From positions 306,850 to 370,849 of the forward strand of contig OZ252215.1 of assembly GCA_965249025.1 (NCBI GenBank): a stretch of 64,000 nt of DNA. Direction: 5' to 3'. Numbering within the stretch: the first letter of the stretch is position 1; each line of letters starts with the position of its first letter. The stretch comes from Dehalococcoidia bacterium (GTDB lineage: Bacteria > Chloroflexota > Dehalococcoidia > Lucifugimonadales > CAYTFF01). Both the position numbers and the translations under genes were made by a program. The notes beneath the pieces are model-generated. The model was given only the letters and a program-made list of their open reading frames with translations. It made no database searches and was not told the DNA's origin. Shown here in pieces: positions 29,990 to 40,473 of the stretch.

Positions 29990-31018
29990 TTATCCTGTCA
30001 GGGCGCTGACGTACTCCTCTATGAACAGTGCCGGTAGTCCGCCGGTGTGCACAAACACCACCGTGTCGTTGGCGGTCAGTTTGCCCTTTTGCGCGTCGTC
30101 GATTACAGCGGCAAAGGCCTTGCCGGTATAGGTGGTATCCAGCAGAATGCCCTCCGACCTGGCAACGAGCTTGATAGCCTCTATTCCCTTTTTATTGGGT
30201 ATCGCATAGCCTGGGTCGACGTAGTCGAGGTAAAGCTCAAACTCGCCAGGCTCAAGGGAAGTGGGCAGTCCCAACACATCCTTGACACTGTTTGCGTAGG
30301 TCAGAATAGCGTCCTCTATGTTGGGGCGGTCGCCTGAGAATACGCCGGTGATTGCCCAGGGCAAGCCCAGCAGCTTAGCTCCCAGGGCCAGTCCAGTCAT
30401 GGACGTGCCAGCAACCAGATAAATGTGGGCCTTCTCTACTCCCCTATCCTTTAGCTGGTCAGCCAGTTCCATGGTGCATTCCAAGTATCCGATAGTGCCG
30501 GATATTCTAGCGAAGGTCTCCTCGCTGCCGAGGTATGGCTTATGGCCCTCTGCTCTCAGCTTCTCGGCCAGCTCGCGGCAGTAGGCGTTTGCTTTGTCTC
30601 TGTCGTCGATTTCCAGCATGTGGAACTCGGTTCCCAAGAGCTTGTCCAATAGAAGGTTTCCCTGAAATGGCTTGTCCTTGCCGTCGCGTACCACGAAGAT
30701 GTACCGCATGCCTACCTTGGCGCAGGCGGCGGCCACTATGCGGGCGTTGTTGGACACCCACACGTTGGAGTTAATGAAGACATCGCATCCCTTGGCCTTG
30801 GCGTCGGCGATACGAAACTCCAAGTGGCGCGCCTTGTTGCCGCCGAAGGCCAGGCCGGTGTTATCGTCTCGCTTGATGAGGATGCGTGGCCCGCCTATGG
30901 CCTGCGATAGCCTGGGGCACTCCTCCAAGGGCGTGGGCTTCACTGCCAGGGGTATCCTTGGTAGCTTGGATAGGGTTTTCTGTAACGACTCTCTGCTCAA
31001 TAGGGCTGATTGGATCAT
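29990..31018 (-). CDS. D-cysteine desulfhydrase/ACC deaminase family PLP enzyme
   Basis: KRDDNTGLAFGGNKARHLE, LDTTYTGKA, FVHTGG. Confidence 0.9.
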   Translation of the reverse strand: MIQSALLSRESLQKTLSKLPRIPLAVKPTPLEECPRLSQAIGGPRILIKRDDNTGLAFGGNKARHLEFRIADAKAKGCDVFINSNVWVSNNARIVAAACAKVGMRYIFVVRDGKDKPFQGNLLLDKLLGTEFHMLEIDDRDKANAYCRELAEKLRAEGHKPYLGSEETFARISGTIGYLECTMELADQLKDRGVEKAHIYLVAGTSMTGLALGAKLLGLPWAITGVFSGDRPNIEDAILTYANSVKDVLGLPTSLEPGEFELYLDYVDPGYAIPNKKGIEAIKLVARSEGILLDTTYTGKAFAAVIDDAQKGKLTANDTVVFVHTGGLPALFIEEYVSALTG

Positions 31019-31183
31019 AAGAGTAGCTCCTGACTGTTTTCGTAACGGCTAATGTTGGACTAAGTATTGCCATCTGCCATTGGATTGTCAACCGACCCTT
31101 TAGCATTTGCCTCTTGACTAAGTCTAATCGAACACATAAATTCAACTCGTCGTTGAAACTTTGGAAGAAATCGGAGGTGGGTT

Positions 31184-31510
31184 ATGTCCAAGTACCTAGC
31201 TAAAGTCACGTACCATCAGGAAAGTATAAAGGCTCTATTGAAGGAGGGCGGCACTGTAAGGAAGAATAATGTTGAAAGGGCAGTGAGAAGCATAGGAGGC
31301 ACCTTGGAGTCCTTCTATTTCGCCTTTGGCGACACAGACGTCTTCGCCATCATCGACTTTCCAGATGATGCCAGTGCTGCTGCGCTCTCCCTCGCCGTCG
31401 GCTCTAGGGGGGCTATTAGTGTGGAGACCACTGTGCTCATTCCGCCGGAGACCATGGACCAGGCTGCGGGCAAGGCCGCCAGCTATCGACCTGGAGGCGA
31501 TATGAGCTAG
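31184..31510 (+). CDS. GYD domain protein
   Basis: GGTLESFYFAFGDTDVFAI, SYRPG C-terminus. Confidence 0.85.
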   Translation: MSKYLAKVTYHQESIKALLKEGGTVRKNNVERAVRSIGGTLESFYFAFGDTDVFAIIDFPDDASAAALSLAVGSRGAISVETTVLIPPETMDQAAGKAASYRPGGDMS

Positions 31511-31518
31511 GTTAGTGG

Positions 31519-31795
31519 TTAAGTCTTGATCACATCTATATACTTCAGCCAGGAGCCGGTGTTCATTAGCACTATGGTCTCATCAGATGAGAGGGTATCT
31601 TTGGCCAGTAGCTTCTTCAGGCCGGCAAGCGTGGCTGCGCCTTCAGGGCAGGGGTATCCTGGGCAGCTTGGATAGGGTTTCTTGTAACGACTCTCTGCTC
31701 AATAGGGCTGATTGGGTCATAAGAGTAGCTCCTGACTGCTTTCGTAACGGCTAATGTTGGACTAAGAGTTGTGATCTGCCGTTGGATTGCCAACC
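31519..31795 (-). pseudogene. Chimeric relic: dcyD-like 5' end fused out of frame to thrC-like 3' end
   Basis: 31649-31795 copies ~30947-31093; 31532-31652 copies ~33285-33405; CAGG microhomology at junction. Confidence 0.85.
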
Positions 31796-31898
31796 TTTGG
31801 CAGATGGCCAAGGAGCTTGGCCTCGACCGTTGAAAAATCCTGGCGAAGGGCTAGAATAGCGCTAGAGCACACTGGTGTGAGCTAGAAAGGGGGATTCC

Positions 31899-33230
31899 AT
31901 GGCGTCTATAGTCGATCGATATGTGCAAATGCATCCTAAGTCTGCGAAGCTATACGAGAAGGCCAAGGGCATGATTCCCGATGGGGTCTCCCACGAGCAT
32001 ACTCGGGCAGACCCCTTTCCTCTTTATATTACCGATGGCCAAGATTGTCGTAAGTGGGACGTGGACGGCAACGAGTATATAGACTTTCGTTGTGGCAATG
32101 GCGCCCTCATATTCGGCCATGCATATCCTGAAATAGTAGAGGCCGTCACCAGCCAGATGGCCAAAGGCACTCACTACGTCCAGTGCCATGAGGTAGAGCT
32201 CAAGTGGGCCCACTGGATCAAGTCCCTGGTGCCCTCTGTGGACAAGGTGAGCTTCCATAACTCGGGCAGCGAGGCCACCCTGATGGCCATGCGCCTGGCC
32301 CGCGCCTATACCAGAAAGAGCAAGATCCTCAAGTTCAAGGGCCACTATCATGGGTGGCAAGACTACGGGATCGTGGGCGCGGAGCAGAGTCTCGCCGGCA
32401 TACCCCAGGGTGTGCAAGATGCTGTTATCGTACTTCCCCCTGGCGATATCTCCATTGTGGAGAAGACGCTTCAAGAGGATAGGGACATCGCTGCCGTGAT
32501 CCTGGAACCCACTGGCGGACACCTGGGCAACCGGGCCCTGAAGCCTGGCTTTCTCCAGGAGCTACGGGAGGTCACCAAGAGATACGGCGTCTTGTTGATA
32601 TTTGACGAGGTGGTGACAGGCTTCCGAGCCTCCCCTGGAGGTGCCCAGGTCCGCTACGACGTCTATTCCGACGTAACGGCTATGGGCAAAATATTGGGGG
32701 GAGGCCTCCCTTCCGGTGCAGTAGGAGGCAGAGCCGATGTCATGGACATGAGCCGGATAAGCGATGACCCCGAATGGAACGCCACTAGGCGAGTCCCACG
32801 GATGGGCAACTACAATGGTAACCCCCTTTCTGCCGCCGCAGGCAGCACGGCGCTGGAGCTTATTGGCACCAAGCCCATCAACGTCAGGGCCGATGCCATG
32901 GCCAAGTGCCTTAAAGACGGTCTGAACGACCTATTTATTCGGATGGAGGTGCCGGGCTGCGCTACTGGAGTGGCCTCTCTGGTTCATCATAGAATTGGCC
33001 TCCCTCACGATTGCGATAAAGAGGTCTGCATGTTGAGCGACGAGGAGATGTCCAGGGCGCAGAACCCTAGGGTGTTGAGGCCATGGAACTTGGCGATGAA
33101 GAACCATGGGATAGATGTGGGGCCAACCACTTTCTTCGTGTCCACGGTGCATACCGAGAAAGCCGTCGACGCGACTGTGGAGGCCTACGAGAAGGCACTC
33201 AGAGACCTGCGCAAGGAAGGAGTTATCTAA
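31899..33230 (+). CDS. Class III aminotransferase (GSA aminomutase-like)
   Basis: WDVDGNEYID, SGSEAT, FDEVVTGFR, GKILGGG. Confidence 0.9.
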   Translation: MASIVDRYVQMHPKSAKLYEKAKGMIPDGVSHEHTRADPFPLYITDGQDCRKWDVDGNEYIDFRCGNGALIFGHAYPEIVEAVTSQMAKGTHYVQCHEVELKWAHWIKSLVPSVDKVSFHNSGSEATLMAMRLARAYTRKSKILKFKGHYHGWQDYGIVGAEQSLAGIPQGVQDAVIVLPPGDISIVEKTLQEDRDIAAVILEPTGGHLGNRALKPGFLQELREVTKRYGVLLIFDEVVTGFRASPGGAQVRYDVYSDVTAMGKILGGGLPSGAVGGRADVMDMSRISDDPEWNATRRVPRMGNYNGNPLSAAAGSTALELIGTKPINVRADAMAKCLKDGLNDLFIRMEVPGCATGVASLVHHRIGLPHDCDKEVCMLSDEEMSRAQNPRVLRPWNLAMKNHGIDVGPTTFFVSTVHTEKAVDATVEAYEKALRDLRKEGVI

Positions 33231-33277
33231 CAGTGCCTACAGCCTGCAATAGGCAGCCTGGCTTGGTGGCCGGGGAG

Positions 33278-34444
33278 TCATAGTACATCCATGTACTTCA
33301 GCCCGGAGCCGGTGTTCATTAGCACTATGGTCTCATCAGGTGAGAGGATATCATCGGCCAGAAGCTTCTCCAGGCCGGCAAGCGTGGCTGCGCCTTCTGG
33401 GCAGGTGAAGATGCCCTCCAGGGATGCTATCTCCTTCAGCGACTCCATCATCTCGGAGTCCGAGACGGTAAGGGCCGTGCCGCCGCTCTCTCGAATAGCC
33501 TCTAGTATAAGGTAGTCGCCTATTGCTGCCGGCACTCTTATGCCCGCGGCGATAGTACTGGGATTCTCCCAGGGAGTCGCATGGTTGACGCCCTCTTGGA
33601 ACGCTCGAACTATCGGCGCGCACCCCTCCGACTGCACGCAGACCATCTTGGGGTGCTTATCGCCTATCCAGCCCATCTCTTCCATCTCGTCGAAGGCCTT
33701 CCACATCCCGACGATGCCTGTGCCTCCACCTGTGGGATAGACGATGACATCGGGAAGCTCCCAGTCGAACTGCTCCGCCAGCTCATAGCCCATAGTCTTC
33801 TTGCCCTCCACGCGGTAAGGCTCTTGAAGGGTGGACACGTCGAAAAGCCCCTCCTTGGCTGCCGCCTCTCTGGACAGGCGACCCGCATCGTTGATGAAAC
33901 CGTCCACCAGCGTCAGCTTGGCTCCAAAGAGTAGGCACTCCTCCTTGTTAGCCTCCGGAGCGTCCTTTGGCATGAACACGGTTGCCGAAAGTCCTCCCTT
34001 GGCACAGTAGGCTGCCATTGCTCCGGCAGCGTTTCCCGCAGAGGGCATGGTTAGCTTTATCTGGCCTAGCTCTTTGGCCTTGGACACCGCTGCGGAGAGG
34101 CCCCGCGCCTTGAAGGACCCCGTTGGATTAACGCCTTCGTCTTTGATATAGAGGTTGGGACAGCCCAGTTTATCTCCCAGTCGGGCCGACTTGAAAATGG
34201 GGGTGTATCCCTCTCCCAGGGTAATAACGTTGGCCTCATCGCGAATGGGCATGACCTCGAAGTAGCGCCACATATTTGATGGTCGATTTTTCAATGAGTC
34301 TTTGGTTAGCTCGTGGGCTGCAGACGCCAGGTCGTACCTGGGATACAGTACCTTTCCACAGGCGGGACACGTGCGATGAGGCTCCTTTTCTGAGAAGGTC
34401 TCGTGACAGTTGGTGCATTCTAGGTGGCTGATGTGGCTTCTCAT
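33278..34444 (-). CDS. thrC: Threonine synthase-like PLP enzyme
   Basis: N-terminal CxxC..CxxC, KDEGVNPTGSFKARG, SAGNA, PTGGG, NTGSGLK. Confidence 0.85.
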   Translation of the reverse strand: MRSHISHLECTNCHETFSEKEPHRTCPACGKVLYPRYDLASAAHELTKDSLKNRPSNMWRYFEVMPIRDEANVITLGEGYTPIFKSARLGDKLGCPNLYIKDEGVNPTGSFKARGLSAAVSKAKELGQIKLTMPSAGNAAGAMAAYCAKGGLSATVFMPKDAPEANKEECLLFGAKLTLVDGFINDAGRLSREAAAKEGLFDVSTLQEPYRVEGKKTMGYELAEQFDWELPDVIVYPTGGGTGIVGMWKAFDEMEEMGWIGDKHPKMVCVQSEGCAPIVRAFQEGVNHATPWENPSTIAAGIRVPAAIGDYLILEAIRESGGTALTVSDSEMMESLKEIASLEGIFTCPEGAATLAGLEKLLADDILSPDETIVLMNTGSGLKYMDVL

Positions 34445-34615
34445 ACAACCTCGCTTGTTGAAAATTCTATTGTGCGCTAATTACGACGACAATTTTGGGC
34501 TGAACCCTTGCATTATATATGTAAACGGTTAAAATAGCAGGAATTATATCTTAACTTAATGGACAATTCACATTGCAGACCCCTTTTTAACTGGAAGTAA
34601 GAAAGGAGAGACCTA

Positions 34616-35947
34616 ATGGGCGCTATAGAAGACCGCTACAGGGAATCACATACAAAGTCGGAGCAGCTATATGAGAAGTCAAAGACACTGTTTCCAGATG
34701 GCGTTACCCATGATGCCCGCCGCATGGAGCCCTTCCCGCTATACATCACCCATGCTCAGGGGCCTCGCAAGTGGGACGTGGACGGGAATGAGTTCATCGA
34801 CTATTTCGGAGGTCATGGGGCGCTTATTCTGGGGCACAATCATCCCGAGATTGTTAAGGCCGTGAATGAGCAGATGACCAAGGGCACTCAGTTCGCCTTC
34901 AACACCGAGTTGGAGATGCAATGGGCCGAGTGGATCACAAAACTCATCCCTGCAGCGGAGAAGGTGCGCTTCCACTCCTCGGGCACAGAGGCTACTATGA
35001 TGGCCCTGAGAATGGCCCGGGCATATACAGGCAAGACCAAGATCATAAAGTTCGTGGAGCACTTCCACGGCTGGCATGATTACGTGGTTGCCGGAGGTGC
35101 CAAGGGCCTGGGTGGTATACCTCAAGAGACCCTCAGCACCATGATAGTGCTTCCCTCAGGCGACATTTCACTTGTAGAAAAGACCCTTCAAGAAAACGAC
35201 GACATCGCGGGTATCATCGTGGAGGCCACCGGTGCTCATATGGGGAACATTCCAATTAAGGCCAGCTTCCTTCACGAGCTGCGAGAGGTCACCAAGAAAT
35301 ACGGCGTGGTTTTCATCATGGATGAAGTGGTAACCGGCTTCCGCGTTTCGAAAGGCGGTGCTCAGGTGCGATTCGGCGTCGAGCCCGACCTCACGACTCT
35401 GGCCAAGATTGTAGGAGGTGGCCTGCCAGGAGGTGCTGTAACCGGAAAGGCAGACCTGATTAACATGATCGAGATGAGGAGCGAACCAGGCTGGAACGAC
35501 AACAGGCGTGTAGCTCACCAGGGCACCTTTAACGCCAATCCTCTGTGCGCAGCGGCCGGCAGCAAGGCCCTGGAGTTGGTGGCGACCACCGATGTCAATG
35601 CTAAGGCCGATGCCGCGGCCCAGCGCTTCAAGAATAGCATGAACGACCTGCTGGCCAGGATGGAGATCCCCGGTTGCGCCACAGGCCTGGCCTCTATGGT
35701 CCAGCTCAGGTTGGGCTGGCCTCATGAGTGTGACCATGAGATCTGCCTGGTGACCGAGGAGGAGTTGCACAAGGCCCAGAACCCCAAGGTTACCGGCGCC
35801 CTCCGCCTGGCTTTGCTTAACGAGGGAGTGCACACCAGTTCTCACACTAGCCTCTTCTCCTGCACCCATACCGATAAGGATATCGATGAGACAGTAGACA
35901 TCTACGAGAGAGCTCTGACGGCGGTGCGGAAAGAGGGCTTGCTCTAA
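34616..35947 (+). CDS. Class III aminotransferase (paralog of 31899)
   Basis: WDVDGNEFID, SGTEAT, MDEVVTGFR, GTFNANP. Confidence 0.9.
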   Translation: MGAIEDRYRESHTKSEQLYEKSKTLFPDGVTHDARRMEPFPLYITHAQGPRKWDVDGNEFIDYFGGHGALILGHNHPEIVKAVNEQMTKGTQFAFNTELEMQWAEWITKLIPAAEKVRFHSSGTEATMMALRMARAYTGKTKIIKFVEHFHGWHDYVVAGGAKGLGGIPQETLSTMIVLPSGDISLVEKTLQENDDIAGIIVEATGAHMGNIPIKASFLHELREVTKKYGVVFIMDEVVTGFRVSKGGAQVRFGVEPDLTTLAKIVGGGLPGGAVTGKADLINMIEMRSEPGWNDNRRVAHQGTFNANPLCAAAGSKALELVATTDVNAKADAAAQRFKNSMNDLLARMEIPGCATGLASMVQLRLGWPHECDHEICLVTEEELHKAQNPKVTGALRLALLNEGVHTSSHTSLFSCTHTDKDIDETVDIYERALTAVRKEGLL

Positions 35948-36125
35948 ATCCATAGGAGAACGGCCGTCGTAATAGATGCTGTGGGATATTGGCCCCGCTG
36001 ATGGTGAGTCCTTCGTCCGGGCATAAGATGGACTCGTAGAACCTGGGCGGGGCCTTACATATGTTGTTTTCATGACACCAGGTTGGCTGGGTCTTCTGAT
36101 ATAGTGTGTGAGGGTTTTCTGTGGC

Positions 36126-36776
36126 ATGAACTCTTCGAGTCTTGTGTTCAAAAAGGCTGCAATCATAGGCCTCTTGTTCTGTGTCGCTGCCCTGGTCGCT
36201 TGCGGCGGCGCGGCGCCTCCCTCCCCTAAGCCGGCTCCACCGAGCGTTCCATCGCCAGCCGCTGGAGCAGAGGCTTCCCCTACCGCTGCGTCGAAACCCA
36301 CCTCTACATCGCCCAGTAGCGCAACTGCTCCTGAGGTAGGGTATCGCGTCGGAGACCTGGCGCCGGACTTTACCGTCGTTGCCATGGATGGCCGCAATGT
36401 AACTCGGGATGAGCTTTTGGCGGAGGGTAAGCCCTATGTGCTTTACTTCTTTGCCACCTGGTGACCGATATGTCGGGCCGAGTTGCGGTCCCTCAAGTTT
36501 ATCTACCCAGACTATCAGGACAGGGTTAACTTCATCGCCGTAAGTCAGGATCTGACTGAGCCACGAGAAACCCTGGAGGAGCATCGCAAGAGTGAAGGGT
36601 ATCCATGGAATGTCTATGAGGGCAACATTGAGATTCTGAAAGACTATCGAATCCTGAGCCAGGCCAGCAAGGTAATCGTCGACAGAAGCGGTGTGATTGT
36701 GGCCCGCGAGGGCTACGGAGTGCAGAGCGACTCCTTCTGGCAGGGTGTCCTGAGCCAGATATCAAAGGATGGTTGA
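36126..36776 (+). CDS. TlpA/redoxin-family lipoprotein selenoprotein, WUPIC motif
   Basis: Lipobox LVAC, GDLAPDF, YFFATW-TGA(36462-36464)-PICRAEL in frame with ORF 36483..36776. Confidence 0.88.
36475..36491 (+). promoter_or_regulatory. Candidate bacterial SECIS hairpin
   Basis: GGGCCG-AGTTG-CGGTCC stem-loop starting 11 nt after UGA. Confidence 0.5.
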
Positions 36777-36842
36777 CTTCATTTGAAGAATTTGTCCAAA
36801 GACAGTTACGCTAAGGCTTTAATCATAAACTGGGGGCAGTAA

Positions 36843-37775
36843 ATGGCAGAGCGTGAATACGACCTTGTAATCGTTGGGGGAGGCATTGCGGGTCTTACCG
36901 CGGGCCTTTATGGGGCCCGATATGGGCTAAAGACGGTGCTTTTAGAAAGACTCTTGATAGGGGGCCAGATATGCAGTGCGGAGACCGTTGAGAACTTCCC
37001 AGGGTTTCCACAGGGGCTACCTGGCCCTGAGCTGGGGCCGTTGCTCCAGGAACAGGCCACCAAGTTCGGAATGGAAATGGAGATGGGAGACGTCTCCGCC
37101 ATTACTCGCGATGGCTCTTATTGGAGCCTTGAGTCCTTCGATGGCGACTACAGGGCCAAGGCCGTCATTGTGGCTGCAGGCTCAACATTGAGGCGTCTTG
37201 GCGTCGGCGGCGAGGAAGAGTTCGAGGGGCGCGGCGTCTCCTACTGCGCTACGTGTGATGGAGCTTTCTTCGCCGATGAGACGGTGGCCGTAGTGGGCGG
37301 CGGCGACTCTGCCATGGACGAGGCCATTACCCTGACTCACTATGCGTCCAAGGTCATTCTGTTCCATCGCGGCGACAGGCTGGATGCTCAGAAGGCGCTG
37401 CAAGACAGTGTCCTGTCAGATCCCAAAATAGAAGTGCGATGGAACACTGTGGTGGAGCGCATCCTTGGCAACGATCAGGTGCACTCTGTAGCTATCAGGG
37501 ACATCCAGACGGGTGAGACGTCCCAGGTGGAAGTATCTGGTGTATTCATATTCATCGGCCTCGACCCTAACACAGAATCTCTGAAAGACCTTTTGCCTCT
37601 GGACAACGCGGGCCACGTACAGACCAACATCTGGATGGAAACGCCTATCTCTGGGATATTTGCTGCTGGCGATATCCGTCAGCAGTCGGCGTCTCAGCTT
37701 GTCACCGCCGCTGGGGACGGAGCGACGGCCGCTATAGCCGCCCATCGGTATATCTCAGGGCGAAGCTGGGAGTAG
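36843..37775 (+). CDS. trxB: Thioredoxin reductase
   Basis: GGGIAGLTA, GVSYCATCDG, GGGDSA, FAAGD. Confidence 0.93.
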   Translation: MAEREYDLVIVGGGIAGLTAGLYGARYGLKTVLLERLLIGGQICSAETVENFPGFPQGLPGPELGPLLQEQATKFGMEMEMGDVSAITRDGSYWSLESFDGDYRAKAVIVAAGSTLRRLGVGGEEEFEGRGVSYCATCDGAFFADETVAVVGGGDSAMDEAITLTHYASKVILFHRGDRLDAQKALQDSVLSDPKIEVRWNTVVERILGNDQVHSVAIRDIQTGETSQVEVSGVFIFIGLDPNTESLKDLLPLDNAGHVQTNIWMETPISGIFAAGDIRQQSASQLVTAAGDGATAAIAAHRYISGRSWE

Positions 37776-37850
37776 CTTTACGGGGACCGTCCGCTGCTCA
37801 TACTTCGACGGGCTCAGCATGAGCGGGGCTGAGTAGGTGGTGCTCGCGTA

Positions 37851-39260
37851 CTAACGCTTCTTCTGGCCTCCTTCTAGGTCTGCCAGTGCCGAGGCCATCT
37901 TCTCAATTTCCTGGTTCGTTGCTGGAATGTGACCATAGCATGCTCGAATGAAGGCATTGGTAGCCAGCTCTACGGGCTCATCAGGAAGCAGGCGCTGAAG
38001 TGTTCCCTGGTACTCCCTTGGGGTCTGCCATTCTGTTCTCGGATGCCCCATTCTGGCCGCCTTGGAAAGCAGTCGGAAGTATATACGGAATGCCTCTACT
38101 ATACCCCACTCCTCTTGAGGAATCTTGAAACCCTTGGCTCTTCTTGGGTTACGCAGGCTTTTTGGTAGCAGTCCCAGCAGTATGGCGTTTAGATCCTCTC
38201 TGGGCTGAGCCTCGCTCCATAGGGACTCTCTGACTCCTTCGTCGCTGTCTTCGACCCTATACCCTCTGAGACGGAAGGCACGAGCCAGAAAGTAAAGCGC
38301 CGCCAATATAAGTAGTCCTAACAACACCCATAGGAACACGTCTCCTATAAACGCTGCTGAGGCGTTTTCGGTATTTCTCTCACCGATTTCCAAGGCCCCC
38401 TGCTGGACCTGCTGCAGCGTCTCTCTGTCGACGTTCCCACCACTAAGCCACTCCATTATGTACAGAAGGCTCCTAATGAGGAAGCTGACAATGAAGCTCA
38501 ATGGGACAAGGATAACGTAGAAAAGAACGTCAAAAATCACATTGATGACTTTGGAAACGGCAGACACGAACCCAGAGAGGAATCCACCCCTTACAAGGCT
38601 TAATACAATTCCCAAAGTCAGGATGCCTCCGACGGCTCCTACGATAGTTCGGAGCCACGTTCCACCTCGGAACACCCCCTGCTCTGATGAGGCCATGTGG
38701 GACAAAGCTAGGCCCGCCAGATTGGCGCCGAAGAATGGGAAGGCTATCAGCGCCGCCTTCAAATCCAGAGAGGATGAGATGTCCACAATGGCCGCGGCGG
38801 CTATTACTACAATGCCTATCTGGAAGGTGGTCTTTAGCGCCTCTTTGAGTGGCCCCATTGTAGCTATCCTGGAGCCGCGCCACCATAGTCCCAGGGCAAA
38901 TAGCGTTCCAACTACTACCGACGATATATAGCGTGGGTCGCTTGCCTTGTCTCCTATTGAGGCAGGCCACGCTAGGTCAATTTCCGCTCCAAGGGTGAGT
39001 TGCGTCGCTAGCGTCAGGTAGATGGCTGTGGCTCCGGCCGCGGCCTGCAGTCCTCGAACGACACCAATCGGAATCCTGATGGGATGCAATCTGGACGTGG
39101 TAAGAGCGGAGGCGGCCAAAAGTCCAAAAATGGCGGGCCAACTCAAGGGGCTTCTACCTATGCCGAAAAGCGCTCCAAATAGTCTACATGCCGCAAAAAG
39201 CCAACTGCTTTCGGCCACTATCAGTGAAAGATAGATCAGCCTATTTCTCGTCGGTCTCAA
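37851..39260 (-). CDS. Membrane protein with C-terminal DUF4129-like domain
   Basis: Many TM segments; C-terminal R..WQTPREY..FIRACYG; third gene of MoxR operon. Confidence 0.75.
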   Translation of the reverse strand: MRPTRNRLIYLSLIVAESSWLFAACRLFGALFGIGRSPLSWPAIFGLLAASALTTSRLHPIRIPIGVVRGLQAAAGATAIYLTLATQLTLGAEIDLAWPASIGDKASDPRYISSVVVGTLFALGLWWRGSRIATMGPLKEALKTTFQIGIVVIAAAAIVDISSSLDLKAALIAFPFFGANLAGLALSHMASSEQGVFRGGTWLRTIVGAVGGILTLGIVLSLVRGGFLSGFVSAVSKVINVIFDVLFYVILVPLSFIVSFLIRSLLYIMEWLSGGNVDRETLQQVQQGALEIGERNTENASAAFIGDVFLWVLLGLLILAALYFLARAFRLRGYRVEDSDEGVRESLWSEAQPREDLNAILLGLLPKSLRNPRRAKGFKIPQEEWGIVEAFRIYFRLLSKAARMGHPRTEWQTPREYQGTLQRLLPDEPVELATNAFIRACYGHIPATNQEIEKMASALADLEGGQKKR

Positions 39261-40465
39261 TTCTGCGACTCCAAGGCGGCGAAATACTCGCCGATTTCGT
39301 ATAAGGCGATCCGAGCAGGGATCTGAGGCGGCGTTTCATCGCCCGTGTAAAGCACTACCAGCTTGTGCCCTTCTCTGCTCAGGTAGTCTATTGATTCCGT
39401 CAGTTTCTCTGATATCGTAGCCGTCACTAGAGCCAGCGTTGCTCCCAAAGGAAACCTGCCTGCGTAGCGAGCTAAGACATCTGCCATCTGTCCAGAGGTA
39501 ATGGGGCCCACGGTGGCAAGGGCTTCTAGAATGGCGGTCAATTGATGGGGGTTTCTAGCTGGCGGTATGTTCAGTGGCCTCTCTGCCAGGATTGGAGTGC
39601 CGTTGGAAAACAGGCCTACCATGTAGCCCTGGTCGACGGCGTAGCTTGCTATCGATGCCGCCGCTGTTACGACCCTCTCCAACTGCTCTGGGAAATAACC
39701 GCCCAAAAGGTGAGGCGCCGTGTCGACATTGAGCATAACTACCGCAACGTGGCTCACCGACGGCTCAAAGACCCTGACCTGGAGGCTTTGATGTCGCGCC
39801 GTAGCCTTCCAGTCCACCTTCTTCATAGGGTCGCCAGGCAGATAGTCGCGCACGCCCATCGGCCTCGTCAGGTCCTCCAGTATTCGCAAGCTGCCTTTGA
39901 CATCTCCCAGGGGCCTGGCAGGAGGCAGAAGAAGCTCGTCTATGGGCACCACTTTTGGGTAGACCAGAAGGCTAACCTGTTTGTCCTCTCTGCGTTGGCT
40001 GTTAAACAGCCCGAACAGGTCGCCGCTGTTGATGCTTACCGGCCCAATGCGGTAATAACCCCTGCTGCGGGGCCTCAGCTTGTAGCTCCAGTGTACCCTT
40101 TCGTACCAGGCCATGGAGGTAGAGTGGGCGAGGGCATGAGTCGCCGGCTTGCCTGAGGGAACCAGCTTGCCGCCCACCAGTTGGACGGCGTCGGGTATAT
40201 CGTCCTCTGCTTTAAGCCATCCCAGCGGAACGGGCTTCTTATTGGTAATCGCTATCGATAGGGTAATCTCTTCGCCTAAGAAGGCACGCTGGCTGGAGAG
40301 GGTGCGTTCATAGATTACCCCTTCCAGAGATACCCTGTTCCACAGCCAGGAGACTCCGCCTACTAGGAACCCCATGCCACCGACGGCGGTGATTACTCCC
40401 TGCCCAGTGGACAGCCCTACCCCGACGACAACGAGGAAGAAAAGGAGCCATATCTCACTAAGCAT
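39257..40465 (-). CDS. DUF58 family protein
   Basis: RGYY, DLFGLF, VYP, VRDYLPGDP.KKVDWKATAR. Confidence 0.9.
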   Translation of the reverse strand: MLSEIWLLFFLVVVGVGLSTGQGVITAVGGMGFLVGGVSWLWNRVSLEGVIYERTLSSQRAFLGEEITLSIAITNKKPVPLGWLKAEDDIPDAVQLVGGKLVPSGKPATHALAHSTSMAWYERVHWSYKLRPRSRGYYRIGPVSINSGDLFGLFNSQRREDKQVSLLVYPKVVPIDELLLPPARPLGDVKGSLRILEDLTRPMGVRDYLPGDPMKKVDWKATARHQSLQVRVFEPSVSHVAVVMLNVDTAPHLLGGYFPEQLERVVTAAASIASYAVDQGYMVGLFSNGTPILAERPLNIPPARNPHQLTAILEALATVGPITSGQMADVLARYAGRFPLGATLALVTATISEKLTESIDYLSREGHKLVVLYTGDETPPQIPARIALYEIGEYFAALESQN

Positions 40466-40473
40466 GAGTGGCG

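Noticed and set aside
35168-36397. 409-aa minus-strand ORF
   Set aside because: Antisense shadow of the aminotransferase and TlpA genes; no recognisable motifs
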